A DNA stretch of 64,000 bases from an uncultured Gammaproteobacteria bacterium (GCA_964500725.1 CAZCNP010000003.1:59476-123475); one strand, 5' to 3'; shown: positions 37,407-47,465, counted from the stretch's first letter. Notes: generated by a model not told the origin, from the letters alone. Numbers and translations are program-made.

Positions 37407-38053
37407 AAGATAACTTTACAGGTAGAATCAGAAGAGTGTTTTTCCCAACCAGCAGGCCTAAAGTACCAAGTTTAAGATTTCATATTTCTTCAGGTACAGA
37501 TCAAATACCAGGTGATAGAGTAACCAGACTTATAGATAATGATGCCCGGGCCAGGCTGCTTCAGTATGAAGGAAAATATTCACCTAAGGCGGTCATTAGC
37601 GGTCAATCAGGCATATATAATGTATTAGTTTTTGCCCAGGTTTTAAGCTTGTCAGACGCAGAGCGTCTTATTAAGGCAGAATCAAGAGCAGTAGAAGTTG
37701 CTCCTTTGTATACACCAGCTTTAGAGCGTTTCTTGGGAAAGTTCCAAAAAATTGTAGATGAGTTAGATATTAAAAAGGAGCCAAAGATTATGTTAATTGG
37801 GGGAACAGGTACCCAGATTTCTACCACTGAAGAAATTAAAAAGGAAATAGTCAGACAAGCAATAAGGCCTTATGACGAACAATTGCTTGATAATGCGCTT
37901 GGTCTCTTAGGTATTCAACGTCCTCTGGAAATAGGATTGGAGCCTAAGGGTGGTAACATAAAATATGTAATAGGAGCGACTGTAATTGGTATAGGAGGCG
38001 TAATAGCAATCTTGGCATTGCGCAGATACCAATCCAGACGGCGCTCTAGATAA
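37394..38053 (+). CDS. Hypothetical protein with a C-terminal TM anchor, co-operonic with the Cas4-like nuclease
   Basis: 219 aa, overlapping the upstream gene by 13 nt. The C-terminus is 'VIGATVIGIGGVIAILALRRYQSRRRSR'. Confidence 0.4.
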   Translation: MERVKDNFTGRIRRVFFPTSRPKVPSLRFHISSGTDQIPGDRVTRLIDNDARARLLQYEGKYSPKAVISGQSGIYNVLVFAQVLSLSDAERLIKAESRAVEVAPLYTPALERFLGKFQKIVDELDIKKEPKIMLIGGTGTQISTTEEIKKEIVRQAIRPYDEQLLDNALGLLGIQRPLEIGLEPKGGNIKYVIGATVIGIGGVIAILALRRYQSRRRSR

Positions 38054-38606
38054 GCCTTATCTCTGCTAAAGTATTGTGTTTATGAAAGCCTTCAGATGGG
38101 ACTGATTCAAATAGTTTTATTGATGAAATCTGAATTGGCTCAAAGTTTTTAACCATTATTTCTTCCAGGTCCCTTTCAAGGTCTGTATTTATTTGAAAGT
38201 GACTATTTAATTTAGCAATAGAAATATGAGGCACAAACCGTCTTTCATCTGCTGGTAACTTTAAAGCTTTAAGCCCATCTTTAATTCTTTCATGCATCAA
38301 AAATAATTTACCAACATCCCCCTTAACTCCCACCCATAAAACAGAAGGATTATGGATGGTGGGAAACCCATCAATATAGGCAGGAGCAACCTCGAAAGGA
38401 GGAATTTGGAAAGAAGCAGTCTTGATAATATTGATAAGTTGATTTATGAATAGATCAGATTGTTCTCCGATAAAGGCTAAAGTTAAATGAACCTTGTTTA
38501 AATCTGTTAATCTGGTTTGAGGGATTAATGTATGCAAAGATGTCTGGATAGCTTGAAACTGTGCTCTTTTATCACTTGGTATTTCTAAAGCTATAAAGAA
38601 TCTCAT
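38046..38606 (-). CDS. thpR: RNA 2',3'-cyclic phosphodiesterase (LigT/ThpR, 2H family)
   Basis: Two HxT/Sx motifs, 'VHLTLAFIG' and 'PHISIAKL'. Length is 186 aa. Confidence 0.75.
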   Translation of the reverse strand: MRFFIALEIPSDKRAQFQAIQTSLHTLIPQTRLTDLNKVHLTLAFIGEQSDLFINQLINIIKTASFQIPPFEVAPAYIDGFPTIHNPSVLWVGVKGDVGKLFLMHERIKDGLKALKLPADERRFVPHISIAKLNSHFQINTDLERDLEEIMVKNFEPIQISSIKLFESVPSEGFHKHNTLAEIRLI

Positions 38607-38672
38607 ATATTAATATTTTTAAGGTTGATTCTTTGCGATTTTTCAAATCTAAAAAAAGCGCATAATGGTTAT

Positions 38673-39209
38673 TTATACCAAAACTGGTGCAAAAGAGTGA
38701 GCAAGATGATGCTGGACTCTTCCGTTAGTAGATTGAGAATTAACAAAAGGATTATCAGGTTCTATAGGCAAATCTCTGGTAAAAAATAACAGATGTTCTC
38801 CATTAGAACCTCTTATATGACTGATTTGTAAATCAGGTAGTGCAGGTGTCCATAAATAAGTATAACGGCCTAAGCGCTCTCTTAGGTTATATTTAATATC
38901 TTGATTGTTGATATTACCGTTAAGCCAGCCTAATTCAGCAAAAGGTGTAACCCAAACTTGCTCTTGTACAGTTTGGCCTACAGGTGCAGGAAGGAAAAAG
39001 CCATGGACTGGTCCCCAAGTAGTTCCTGCAGTCCAGGCAATATGGCCATCAGGGTGTGTGCACTTTATTGCAATTGCATCCATTAGTCTGGGAATCATTT
39101 CTCCAACTCTTGATAGATTTTCAGCTACCCAAATATCTGCAAAAGGTACACCCCTATCTGCTTCTTTAAGCATACTATTATTAGTATGGTTTTTTGGGAG
39201 CATTGTCAA
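38673..39209 (-). CDS. Hypothetical protein (178 aa)
   Basis: An ORF with plausible coding statistics and no confident family assignment. Confidence 0.4.
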   Translation of the reverse strand: MTMLPKNHTNNSMLKEADRGVPFADIWVAENLSRVGEMIPRLMDAIAIKCTHPDGHIAWTAGTTWGPVHGFFLPAPVGQTVQEQVWVTPFAELGWLNGNINNQDIKYNLRERLGRYTYLWTPALPDLQISHIRGSNGEHLLFFTRDLPIEPDNPFVNSQSTNGRVQHHLAHSFAPVLV

Positions 39210-39392
39210 GACTTGACAGGGGTAAGTGTTTGGTTTAAAGTATCTTTACAATTTAATATTCAAAATCAAGAGTGGTAGATAGAGAATTGGCTCGTTAAGC
39301 TACCCAGCAACCGATCTGAAAAATACGGTGCTACACCCAACCCTTTACAAAGGGAGGATTTGTCCTGAGCGAAGTCGAAGGAAATAAATTTA

Positions 39393-39420
39393 ACCTCTCT
39401 TTTAAAAGAGAGGTTTTTTA
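39393..39420 (+). terminator. Intrinsic terminator-like hairpin followed by a T-tract, directly upstream of the RBS of 39426..39803
   Basis: ACCTCTCTTTT/AAAAGAGAGGT is a perfect 22-nt palindrome followed by TTTTTT. AAGGAGG and the ATG follow within 20 nt. Confidence 0.5.
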
Positions 39421-39425
39421 ATGGT

Positions 39426-39803
39426 TTGAAAGGAGGTGAAAATATGGAATTTCTAACAGAAATTAAACGAGAAATTTTGAATTACGCACCAGTTAAAAGC
39501 GAACAACAAGCAAGACCGCTTGTTAGATTAGGACATATTTATAATGGAACAGAATTAGTGTATGGCATTTTCCCTTATCAGCAAAGAATTGTCAATTTTT
39601 CTGAGCAGCCATTAGTGACTAAGTGGACTGAGCAGCCAGTTTTAGCTTTAGTTGATAAAGAAGGTTATAAAACCTTAGCTTACAATGCTGATCTTGATGA
39701 GGTTGGTAGGACATATGGCGAGACAGTAATCGTGAGCATTCTGGATCGTATTAGGCAACTAAGTAGTTCTGCTGATCGATGGGAAGGAAATGATGATTTC
39801 TAA
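39426..39803 (+). CDS. Hypothetical protein (125 aa) with a strong Shine-Dalgarno sequence
   Basis: AAGGAGGTGAAAATATG. There is no recognisable domain. Confidence 0.45.
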   Translation: MKGGENMEFLTEIKREILNYAPVKSEQQARPLVRLGHIYNGTELVYGIFPYQQRIVNFSEQPLVTKWTEQPVLALVDKEGYKTLAYNADLDEVGRTYGETVIVSILDRIRQLSSSADRWEGNDDF

Positions 39804-39847
39804 AGATAGGTCTTGAATATTGCATACAAAAACTATATAATTGTATT

Positions 39848-40135
39848 ATGCAAAGAGTAATTGTTCAGGTTCCTATGTCTAAAGAATTGAAAAGATCAGC
39901 AGAAGTGGTTTCTGCTGATTTGGGATTTTCCTCCATTCAGGAAACAATCCGGGTGCTTTTGACTAAACTTTCCAAAAGAGAATTTAGTTTGAAAGTTGAG
40001 GAGGTTGAAGAAATAACTCATCTTTCTCCTGCTACTGAGAAGAAGTTTAAAAAAGCAGTTGCAGATATAAAAGCTGGAAGAAATATTACACAAGCTAAAA
40101 ACATTGATGAACTTTTATCTCTCCTGCATTCATGA
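39848..40135 (+). CDS. Putative antitoxin of the downstream RelE/ParE-like toxin
   Basis: 95 aa, overlapping the toxin gene by 4 nt. Confidence 0.5.
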   Translation: MQRVIVQVPMSKELKRSAEVVSADLGFSSIQETIRVLLTKLSKREFSLKVEEVEEITHLSPATEKKFKKAVADIKAGRNITQAKNIDELLSLLHS

Positions 40136-40410
40136 AAGTTCAATTTACTCATGATTTCATCAAGATTTTTAAAAAAAGATTTTCTTCCAAACCTAACATT
40201 CACAAGAAATTTGATGAACGAGTAAAAAAGTTTGCTGAAAATCCAGACGATCCAATTCTGCTCGATCATGCATTAGGTGGTAGATTACAAGGCCACAGAG
40301 CGTTTTCCATAACTGGAGATGTTAGAGTGGTGTATTATGTCTTTGAAGATACAGCCTATTTTGTGGATATTGGTACCCATAATCAACTAAACAAAAATTT
40401 GTGTGGCTAG
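40132..40410 (+). CDS. RelE/ParE-superfamily toxin (type II TA)
   Basis: 92 aa. '…LQGHRAFSITGDVRVVYYVFEDTAYFVDIGTHNQL' fits the RelE/YafQ-like C-terminal pattern (…RiiY.v.d…i..igtH…). Confidence 0.65.
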   Translation: MKVQFTHDFIKIFKKRFSSKPNIHKKFDERVKKFAENPDDPILLDHALGGRLQGHRAFSITGDVRVVYYVFEDTAYFVDIGTHNQLNKNLCG

Positions 40411-40497
40411 ACTGCTTCTAAGGCTGCCAAAATGGGCTTTTCTTATTTACAGGATGCAAGTTAGGGTTACAGCAAGATGATCGATGAAGTAGAATCT

Positions 40498-40589
40498 AAA
40501 ACTACCTAAATTTAGCTTCAAAATTTCTTTAAACTACCTAAAACTACCTAAATTTAGCTTCAAAATTTCTTTAAACTACCTAAAACTCC
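40498..40589. repeat. 43-bp tandem direct repeat (2 copies plus a partial) between convergent genes
   Basis: AAACTACCTAAATTTAGCTTCAAAATTTCTTTAAACTACCTA occurs at 40498-40540 and 40541-40583 with perfect identity, followed by the partial AAACTCC. Confidence 0.9.
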
Positions 40590-40593
40590 TTGA

Positions 40594-42192
40594 TCATTTA
40601 TTAACGAGCATCCAAACACCTTTAGAAGATCGTGGTGTGCCTTCAAAAAAGATTTTGTCTTCTCGTTTTAGCTCTTCCAGTAGATTAGAGATATTTTTGC
40701 TTGATAGCTCAAATTTGAACATTTCAGCGAAATCTCTTTTTGTAGCAGACTCAAAATTACTTAAGTGTTGTAATATTAATTCTTTATTTTTGATTTTAGG
40801 AAGCCCTTTTTTCTTGGTATACTTTACTTTTTGATTGGTATCTGTGTAATACTGTTTTGAAAGCATATATTTTGAAAATCCGATTTTTTCTATTAAACCG
40901 AGTTCCAATAATTGTTCTGTTATGGAGTTTGGTGCTAGTTGCTCATTACTCTTAATTTTATGAAGAATAAGTAGTTCTTCGTCATTAAAATCTTTATTTT
41001 TACTATCAGCAATTTTCAAAACATATTTTGCAAACTCCACGTCTTGAATATTGCCATCTAATTCTAGGACAACCCTTTCATCGGTGGAATTCTTATAATT
41101 TGGAGGATTTTTGCCTAGTGACAGTTGATTCTTATACATTAAATTTACTCCATTCCCAAATTGTTCCACGAGTTCGCATTTGAATAACATATCGGCAATT
41201 AGTTTATTACGAGGTTTCGATTCGGAAATAATATTATGTATGGTAATTCCTTCGGGGAAGCCACCAGGGCTTTTGATGACTATTTTAGTGGGGTATTGCA
41301 TTACAAAACTACTTTCGGAGAGTAAATAATCCCTATGAATAACTGCGTTGTTTAATGCTTCACGGATAGATTGTTCATCGAACGCCCTTCGTTCAATAAC
41401 CCGCATACCTAGAGGTATACTGACGTTTAAATTTCTTGCCTGGATTTTTTCCCAGATTGTATTGTAGTAAAGAAGGTATCCTCCTTTGAATATAACTGTA
41501 TCTTGATTTCTTATTTCAGCCTCGTTAACTTTATATCCAAATCTTACCTCTGCATAGGGCAGTGCTTTGCTTAAAGTAGCCTCTGTAGCTAATAAAATCA
41601 AGGCTGCAATTGTTAGCTTGCCATCCTGCATTAGTAGTAAGTCTTTAAGTAGCTGTTCATCAGAAAGAGTTGTTATATTAACCTCATATCTAGCAGATTG
41701 AATCAAAAGTTTTCTTAGTTCTAAGATAGCTTCAGGAGAAAGATCGGATATGTTAAAATCAGTCAGCGTTGTTGAAGAATAATCTTTATTAGTACTTTTG
41801 TAATACATCAATCGGTACTGGTATTCTTCTTGGGGCATAGACTTAGTACTAGCTCCAATTCTAATGTATGGTTTTTTACGAAAAGTATGATAGGGAGTAG
41901 AACTTTTATCAACTATTACTTTAATTACCTCAAGGCCACCTATATTTTCTTTAGTAACACTTAATATTTTTTGGGGTTCAAGGTTGTCAAAAACAAATTG
42001 AGCAACATCTATAAGAGTTTTCTCTCCAATTGTTTGTATGCCCACTACCTCTCCATCATTTCTAATCCCGAAGTAGAGTGTGCCTCCTTTTTGGTTTGTA
42101 AAACCACAAATAGTTTCTCCGCCTGCGTCTAATTCACTTAATGATACCTTGAATTCGATTATTTCTGATTCAGTAAATCCTATTTTAGCCAT
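40594..42192 (-). CDS. AlbA_2 (Schlafen-like) N-domain plus HATPase_c_4 C-domain protein (annotated elsewhere as 'RecG-like putative regulator')
   Basis: The N-terminus 'SEIIEFKVSLSE…ICGFTNQKGGTLYFGIRNDGEVVGI' is an AlbA_2 pattern. The C-region 'EALNNAVIHRDY' is the HATPase_c_4 hallmark. No helicase motifs were found. Confidence 0.7.
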   Translation of the reverse strand: MAKIGFTESEIIEFKVSLSELDAGGETICGFTNQKGGTLYFGIRNDGEVVGIQTIGEKTLIDVAQFVFDNLEPQKILSVTKENIGGLEVIKVIVDKSSTPYHTFRKKPYIRIGASTKSMPQEEYQYRLMYYKSTNKDYSSTTLTDFNISDLSPEAILELRKLLIQSARYEVNITTLSDEQLLKDLLLMQDGKLTIAALILLATEATLSKALPYAEVRFGYKVNEAEIRNQDTVIFKGGYLLYYNTIWEKIQARNLNVSIPLGMRVIERRAFDEQSIREALNNAVIHRDYLLSESSFVMQYPTKIVIKSPGGFPEGITIHNIISESKPRNKLIADMLFKCELVEQFGNGVNLMYKNQLSLGKNPPNYKNSTDERVVLELDGNIQDVEFAKYVLKIADSKNKDFNDEELLILHKIKSNEQLAPNSITEQLLELGLIEKIGFSKYMLSKQYYTDTNQKVKYTKKKGLPKIKNKELILQHLSNFESATKRDFAEMFKFELSSKNISNLLEELKREDKIFFEGTPRSSKGVWMLVNK

Positions 42193-42290
42193 TAAGATGA
42201 TTGAATTTTAACATAAGTAACTTTAGGATATTTGAATGAATATCTTACCAAAGTAGAGCCATTGTATGTTGTTTTGGCAACATAAGTTGT

Positions 42291-43547
42291 TTATGTTCCT
42301 TCGTTCCAGGAGGCTAGGTATTTCTTTTGGTCTGCTGTTAGAGTATCAATGGAAATACCTAGTGACTCCAGTTTAAGTTTGGCAATCATATCATCAAGTT
42401 CTTGAGGAACAGTATAAACTCCTACTTCTAGTTTGCCTTTATTTTGGACTAAATATTCTGCTGCCAAAGCCTGGTTGGCAAAAGACATGTCCATTACATC
42501 AGGTGGATGGCCCTCTGCTGCACTCAAATTAATCAGTCTTCCTTCAGCCAGCACAAAGATCTTTTTTCCAGTATCCAGGGTAATTTCTTCTAAATGGTCT
42601 CTAAGAATTCTTCTATTTTTGGCAATTTTTACTAAACCTTCATAATCAAACTCCACATTAAAGTGTCCGGTATTGGAAACAACTGTTCCATCTTTCATTT
42701 TTTTGAAATGCTCAACTGAAATTACTGTTTTATTGCCTGTGGCTGTGCAAATTATATCTGCTACTTTAATAGCATCCTCAATTGGCATCACATCAAATCC
42801 ATCCATAACTGCTTCCAAAGCCTTTAGTGGGTCTACTTCTGTTACTATAACCTGTGATCCCATCCCTCTTGCTCTGGTAGCAAGCCCCCTGCCACACCAG
42901 CCATAGCCTACTACCACAAACTTTTTCCCAGCAAGTAAAACATTAGTAGCTCTTATTATTCCATCAATAGTAGATTGGCCAGTGCCATAACGGTTATCAA
43001 ACATATGTTTGGTATTACTATCATTTACAGCAATAACTGGAATTTTTAAGGTTCCATCTTTTAACATAGCCCTAAGCCTTATAACTCCTGTGGTGGTCTC
43101 CTCAGATGAGCCAATTACTTCAGTAAGTTGGGATTTTCTTTCAGTATGAAGCAAAGTTACCAGATCAGCCCCATCATCCATGGTAATTTGAGGTTTAGTA
43201 TCCATAACTTCATTTAAATGTTTATAGTAAGTGTCTTTATCTTCACCTTTGATGGCAAAGGTAGGAATATCAAAATCTTCAGATAAAGATGCTGCTACTT
43301 CATCTTGGGTAGACAGGGGATTGGAGGCACATAAAGCTAGATTTGCTCCCCCTTCTTTTAAAGCGATTAAAAGGTTTGCTGTTTCTGAGGTTACATGTAA
43401 ACAAGCACCAAGAGTAATGCCTTTGAGGGGTTTTTCTTTAGCAAACCTTTCTTTTATCAGATTTAACACCTTCATTTGAGACCCAGCCCACTCAATTCTT
43501 AACTTACCTTTTGGTGCTAAATTAGAATCTTTAATATCTGATTTCAT
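42291..43547 (-). CDS. ahcY: Adenosylhomocysteinase (S-adenosyl-L-homocysteine hydrolase)
   Basis: '[14 protein letters not shown]' and NAD-binding '[12 protein letters not shown]' are present. Length is 418 aa. Confidence 0.9.
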   Translation of the reverse strand: MKSDIKDSNLAPKGKLRIEWAGSQMKVLNLIKERFAKEKPLKGITLGACLHVTSETANLLIALKEGGANLALCASNPLSTQDEVAASLSEDFDIPTFAIKGEDKDTYYKHLNEVMDTKPQITMDDGADLVTLLHTERKSQLTEVIGSSEETTTGVIRLRAMLKDGTLKIPVIAVNDSNTKHMFDNRYGTGQSTIDGIIRATNVLLAGKKFVVVGYGWCGRGLATRARGMGSQVIVTEVDPLKALEAVMDGFDVMPIEDAIKVADIICTATGNKTVISVEHFKKMKDGTVVSNTGHFNVEFDYEGLVKIAKNRRILRDHLEEITLDTGKKIFVLAEGRLINLSAAEGHPPDVMDMSFANQALAAEYLVQNKGKLEVGVYTVPQELDDMIAKLKLESLGISIDTLTADQKKYLASWNEGT

Positions 43548-43569
43548 AAATTCTTATCTGGGTATAAGT

Positions 43570-45123
43570 ATGACGTTAAGTATAATAGTTACTTTGTATC
43601 TTAAATGCAAGGATTTTGCTAAAATTGGTCTGCGCAACAAAAGTTATTGGGGTAAAAATATGAGTAACGACAAATTAATACAAGATATTTTATCTGTTCC
43701 TTCTGAATCTCGAACAATTGAATTCAAGCGTCTTGGTAGTAGAAACGAAGGAATTGATAAAACGCTCCAATCCATTGTGGCTATGGCTAATACAGATGGT
43801 GGAACGATAATTTTAGGAATAGATGACCCACAAAAAACAAAACTCAGAGGAATAGATAGAATTTTTGGAATAGAGGAAAATATAGAACTTTACGATGAAA
43901 TTGGTCGGTCAGTCAGAAAGATTTACCCTCCAATATCTGGAATTTGGCTGCCTGTTTTAGTAGATGCCGGGAATGAAAAAAGAATTGGGTTACTTTCGAT
44001 ACCAAAGGTTGGAGATGGATTTAGGTATTACGAAAACCATGTATGGATTCGTCTTGAGCGGGGTAATAAGATGCTCAATCCTCAAGATATTTTACATCTT
44101 GCATATGTGAAAGGATTTTCTAGATCAGATAGAGAACTCGTGGAAGTTGATTTTAGTCTGATAAAAACCGATTTTTACGAGGATTGGAGGAGGAAAAGAG
44201 GCATTGCTGAGAACAAAATTGAACTAATTTTGAAAAAAACAGGATTAGCTAGACAAAATGAAAATGGAAAGTTACTTCCAGCTAGAGCTGCCGTATTGCT
44301 ATTTGCTGAGTTTCCAAATGATCTTTTAGAGACAAAGTGTTCTGTGAGAGTTTTCCAAATTGAAGGAAATCGAGAGACAATTACTAAAGAAACATTAAAT
44401 TGGATAGGGACTCCAAAGAACATAAATGGCCCAATTGTAAAACAGATTACCGATGCCCATGAGTATGTTCTTGGGTTGTTGAAATCGGGTATGAGAGTGT
44501 CATCTGGATTTAAAACAACATACAGTATTCCTGAGCGTGCTGTTAAGGAAGCAATAACCAATGCGGTAATCCATCGTGATTATCATACAAAACGAGATAT
44601 TGAAATACGAATTTTTGAAGATCGTATAGAAATTGAAAGTCCTGGATTGTTACCGTTTAACATTACCCCTTCAAATATTGGAATCGAACGCTCACACCAG
44701 TACCGCAACGATTTATTGGTTAAACATCTGCGTGAATTTCCAGATCCGCCTAATCTTGATCAAAATGAAGGTGTGCGGGCAATGCGTCATACTATGAAGG
44801 TAGCAAATTTATACCCACCTATTTTTTGGACATATCCAGATCTTCAGGATGCTGTTAGGGTAATTTTATTAAACGAGCAGGCTCCAAATGAATGGGATAA
44901 AGTTTCTGATTATTTAATTAAAAATAAGTATATTACAAACACTGAAGCTCGAGGAATATTACATACGGAGGATACTGTAAAAGTTTCGAAGAGATTTAAT
45001 AGGTGGGTTAAGCAAGGACTTCTTACGAAAATTACCCCACGGACTGGAGCTAAACGCAATGTTCGATATAGGTTACCAACAGCCGATGAAAGAAGTTTAT
45101 TTACCAACGACAAAAGTAAATAA
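43570..45123 (+). CDS. AlbA_2 (Schlafen-like) plus HATPase_c_4 protein, paralog of 40594..42192
   Basis: 'ESRTIEFKRLGS…MANTDGGTIILGIDD' and 'EAITNAVIHRDY' are present. The probable true start is the Met at 43660 (MSNDKLIQ). Confidence 0.7.
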   Translation: MTLSIIVTLYLKCKDFAKIGLRNKSYWGKNMSNDKLIQDILSVPSESRTIEFKRLGSRNEGIDKTLQSIVAMANTDGGTIILGIDDPQKTKLRGIDRIFGIEENIELYDEIGRSVRKIYPPISGIWLPVLVDAGNEKRIGLLSIPKVGDGFRYYENHVWIRLERGNKMLNPQDILHLAYVKGFSRSDRELVEVDFSLIKTDFYEDWRRKRGIAENKIELILKKTGLARQNENGKLLPARAAVLLFAEFPNDLLETKCSVRVFQIEGNRETITKETLNWIGTPKNINGPIVKQITDAHEYVLGLLKSGMRVSSGFKTTYSIPERAVKEAITNAVIHRDYHTKRDIEIRIFEDRIEIESPGLLPFNITPSNIGIERSHQYRNDLLVKHLREFPDPPNLDQNEGVRAMRHTMKVANLYPPIFWTYPDLQDAVRVILLNEQAPNEWDKVSDYLIKNKYITNTEARGILHTEDTVKVSKRFNRWVKQGLLTKITPRTGAKRNVRYRLPTADERSLFTNDKSK

Positions 45124-45288
45124 CGACAATTTTGATATTTTGAAGCTGAGAATATGACTTTATTTACTTTTATAACTTAATTATGGCATTACATAAAGAT
45201 TTTCCAAAAGATCCATATGTTATTTGCGATCCAGCCCACTCAATTCTTAATTTCCCTTTAGAAGCTAAATTTTTATCTTTGACATCAC

Positions 45289-46254
45289 TCATAGTTTTAA
45301 ATCTTCTCCAAAATTTTCTTTATACCTTTGGGCAAACTGTTCCAGTGTAAAAGTGTGATTAGTTGTACCATATTTTTCTACAGCAAAACAAGCAGCAACA
45401 GAACCCATTTGCCCACAAACCTTCAAATCTAAATTCTTACTGTATCCTGCTAAAAATCCACCCCTATAAGCATCTCCTGCTCCTGTTGGGTCTACTGCTT
45501 TGCTAACTTTACCAGCCTGGATTTGAATATTTTGGTCTTTGGTTTGAATCAAAGAACCCTTTTCTCCTAAAGTAGTAATTAATATATTAACTTGTTCTAA
45601 TAACTTCTCACTTGTCACTTGTAACTTATCGCTTAATAAAGCTATTTCATAATCATTGCCAACTAAAATTGTGGCTCCTTTTAACATATTTTGCAGATCT
45701 TCAGCAGATAAAGCAGGCAGCTGCATACCTGGATCTAGCATAAATGGGGTATTTGTTTTTTGGCACTGAGCGCAAAAATTAATCATAGCCTGAGGATTAT
45801 TAGGGGAAATTACTGCAAAATCACTTTCTGTTTCTTCTAAAGATAATTTATCAGTATAATCCATTGCTCCTGGGTAAAAGGCTGTAATTTGGTTATCAGA
45901 TTTATCAGTCATAATAAAAGCAGAGGAGGTTAAATTATTTTCAACAGTCTTGATGGCTGTGGTATCTACTCCTGTGGCTTGTAAAAACTTGGCATATTCT
46001 AAAAAATCCACCCCGACTGCCCCGATCACACCGACAGGAATTTTGAGTAAAGCTAAATTATAGGCAATATTGCCAGCAGTCCCACCTTTTTGTTTGCTTA
46101 AAGTATTAACTAAAAAAGATAAATTAATCTGATGGATCTTGTCTGGCATGATGTGCTCAGAAAACCTGCCTGGATAATCCATAATATGATCAAAAGCAAG
46201 TGAACCTGTAACTGTTATCATATAGTTAAAATATTGTTGGCGATAAAAATCCAT
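45289..46254 (-). CDS. PfkB-family carbohydrate/nucleoside kinase (possibly adenosine kinase)
   Basis: 'DPTGAGDAYRGGF' matches the PfkB motif (DTxGAGD) and there is an N-terminal GG dipeptide region. It lies next to ahcY. Confidence 0.75.
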   Translation of the reverse strand: MDFYRQQYFNYMITVTGSLAFDHIMDYPGRFSEHIMPDKIHQINLSFLVNTLSKQKGGTAGNIAYNLALLKIPVGVIGAVGVDFLEYAKFLQATGVDTTAIKTVENNLTSSAFIMTDKSDNQITAFYPGAMDYTDKLSLEETESDFAVISPNNPQAMINFCAQCQKTNTPFMLDPGMQLPALSAEDLQNMLKGATILVGNDYEIALLSDKLQVTSEKLLEQVNILITTLGEKGSLIQTKDQNIQIQAGKVSKAVDPTGAGDAYRGGFLAGYSKNLDLKVCGQMGSVAACFAVEKYGTTNHTFTLEQFAQRYKENFGEDLKL

Positions 46255-47407
46255 CTTTTTCTTGGAACTTTTTTGAAATTACAAAGGTTTGAGATATCCC
46301 AAGTTCGGATGATAATGCAGAAAGTTTGGAAAGATCTTGCGGGGTACCAGTTAATTTTATCTCAAAAGCAGTATCTTTATTTAGGATGGCATCAATTTCG
46401 GCAGTATTGCGGATGTTTAAAAAGCTCACTTTGCCATAACCTGAGAGTTGATTGATAACAGCATTTTCAAATACCTGGGCCTCACTTACTTTCCCAATAA
46501 CATTTAAAAGTCCTGTATCAGTAAAATAAACCTTTTTTCCTCCAGCTACAGCCCGATCAATACTTTTGCTAAATTTAGGAAGAAGCTTAATAAAAAACGT
46601 TCCTTGTAAGAATTCAAGAAATCTATATATTTTCATCCTGTCTATACCAAGTTCGCTTGACAGGCGGGTAACATCAAGCATTGATCCGGTCCGGGGTACC
46701 AGAAGCAAGATCATATCGCGGAGCTCCCGGATATCACTGTAATCTGATAAAATCTTAATATCTTTTTCAAAAAAAGATGCAAAGATATTTTTTAAAACCA
46801 TTATTTTAGTGTTTTTGTCTTCTGTGGTTACCACCTCTGGAAAACCGCCATATACAAGAAAGTCCTCATATTCCGCGGTATGCGCTTTATGAGTAAAAAT
46901 ACTATTTTTTTTGATTACGGTTTGTAAATTAGAATCTTGAGCCTCTTTTAGGGAAACAATATCTTTAAAGTAGAGATATTCCTGGAAACTGAGTGGAGGA
47001 AGCTCGTATAAGAATTTACGGCCAGATAATGATTCAGGAAATAGGTTTTTAAGATAAAAGCTGGAAGAGCCTGTTAGGTAAAATTTAACGCTGTGATGGT
47101 CAATAAGATATTTAATAACTTTAGTAATTTCAGGAAAATTTTGAATCTCATCAATAAATACTGATAATTTACCTGTTTTCCCATACATATTAACGAGCCT
47201 TTTATATATTACCTTTATATCCTCATCTTCGAATACTTTTTGATCAAGCGGATTATCAAAGTCAAACCACAATTTAGGTTCCTTTATCTCCTCAAAGATT
47301 TGACGCATGAGGGTGGTTTTCCCAACTTGACGCATGCCTGTTATTAAAAGAGCGTTTTTGTGGTTAAGATATTTTACTAATTCATAATACAGAAGCCTCT
47401 TTTTCAT
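46226..47407 (-). CDS. AAA+ ATPase of the AAA_14/DUF4143 family (second copy)
   Basis: 'LLITGMRQVGKTTLMRQI' Walker A and 'VFIDEIQ' Walker B are present. Length is 393 aa. Confidence 0.8.
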   Translation of the reverse strand: MKKRLLYYELVKYLNHKNALLITGMRQVGKTTLMRQIFEEIKEPKLWFDFDNPLDQKVFEDEDIKVIYKRLVNMYGKTGKLSVFIDEIQNFPEITKVIKYLIDHHSVKFYLTGSSSFYLKNLFPESLSGRKFLYELPPLSFQEYLYFKDIVSLKEAQDSNLQTVIKKNSIFTHKAHTAEYEDFLVYGGFPEVVTTEDKNTKIMVLKNIFASFFEKDIKILSDYSDIRELRDMILLLVPRTGSMLDVTRLSSELGIDRMKIYRFLEFLQGTFFIKLLPKFSKSIDRAVAGGKKVYFTDTGLLNVIGKVSEAQVFENAVINQLSGYGKVSFLNIRNTAEIDAILNKDTAFEIKLTGTPQDLSKLSALSSELGISQTFVISKKFQEKDGFLSPTIF

Positions 47408-47465
47408 GGTTTGATTAGTGTAAATATAGTATTACAAATCTGCGTAAATTTGTAAAGTCCATTCT

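Noticed and set aside
40594-42192. Annotation as RecG-like ATP-dependent DNA helicase
   Set aside because: No Walker A/B or helicase motifs are visible. Only AlbA_2 and HATPase_c_4 hallmarks are present, so the helicase label would be an over-annotation.
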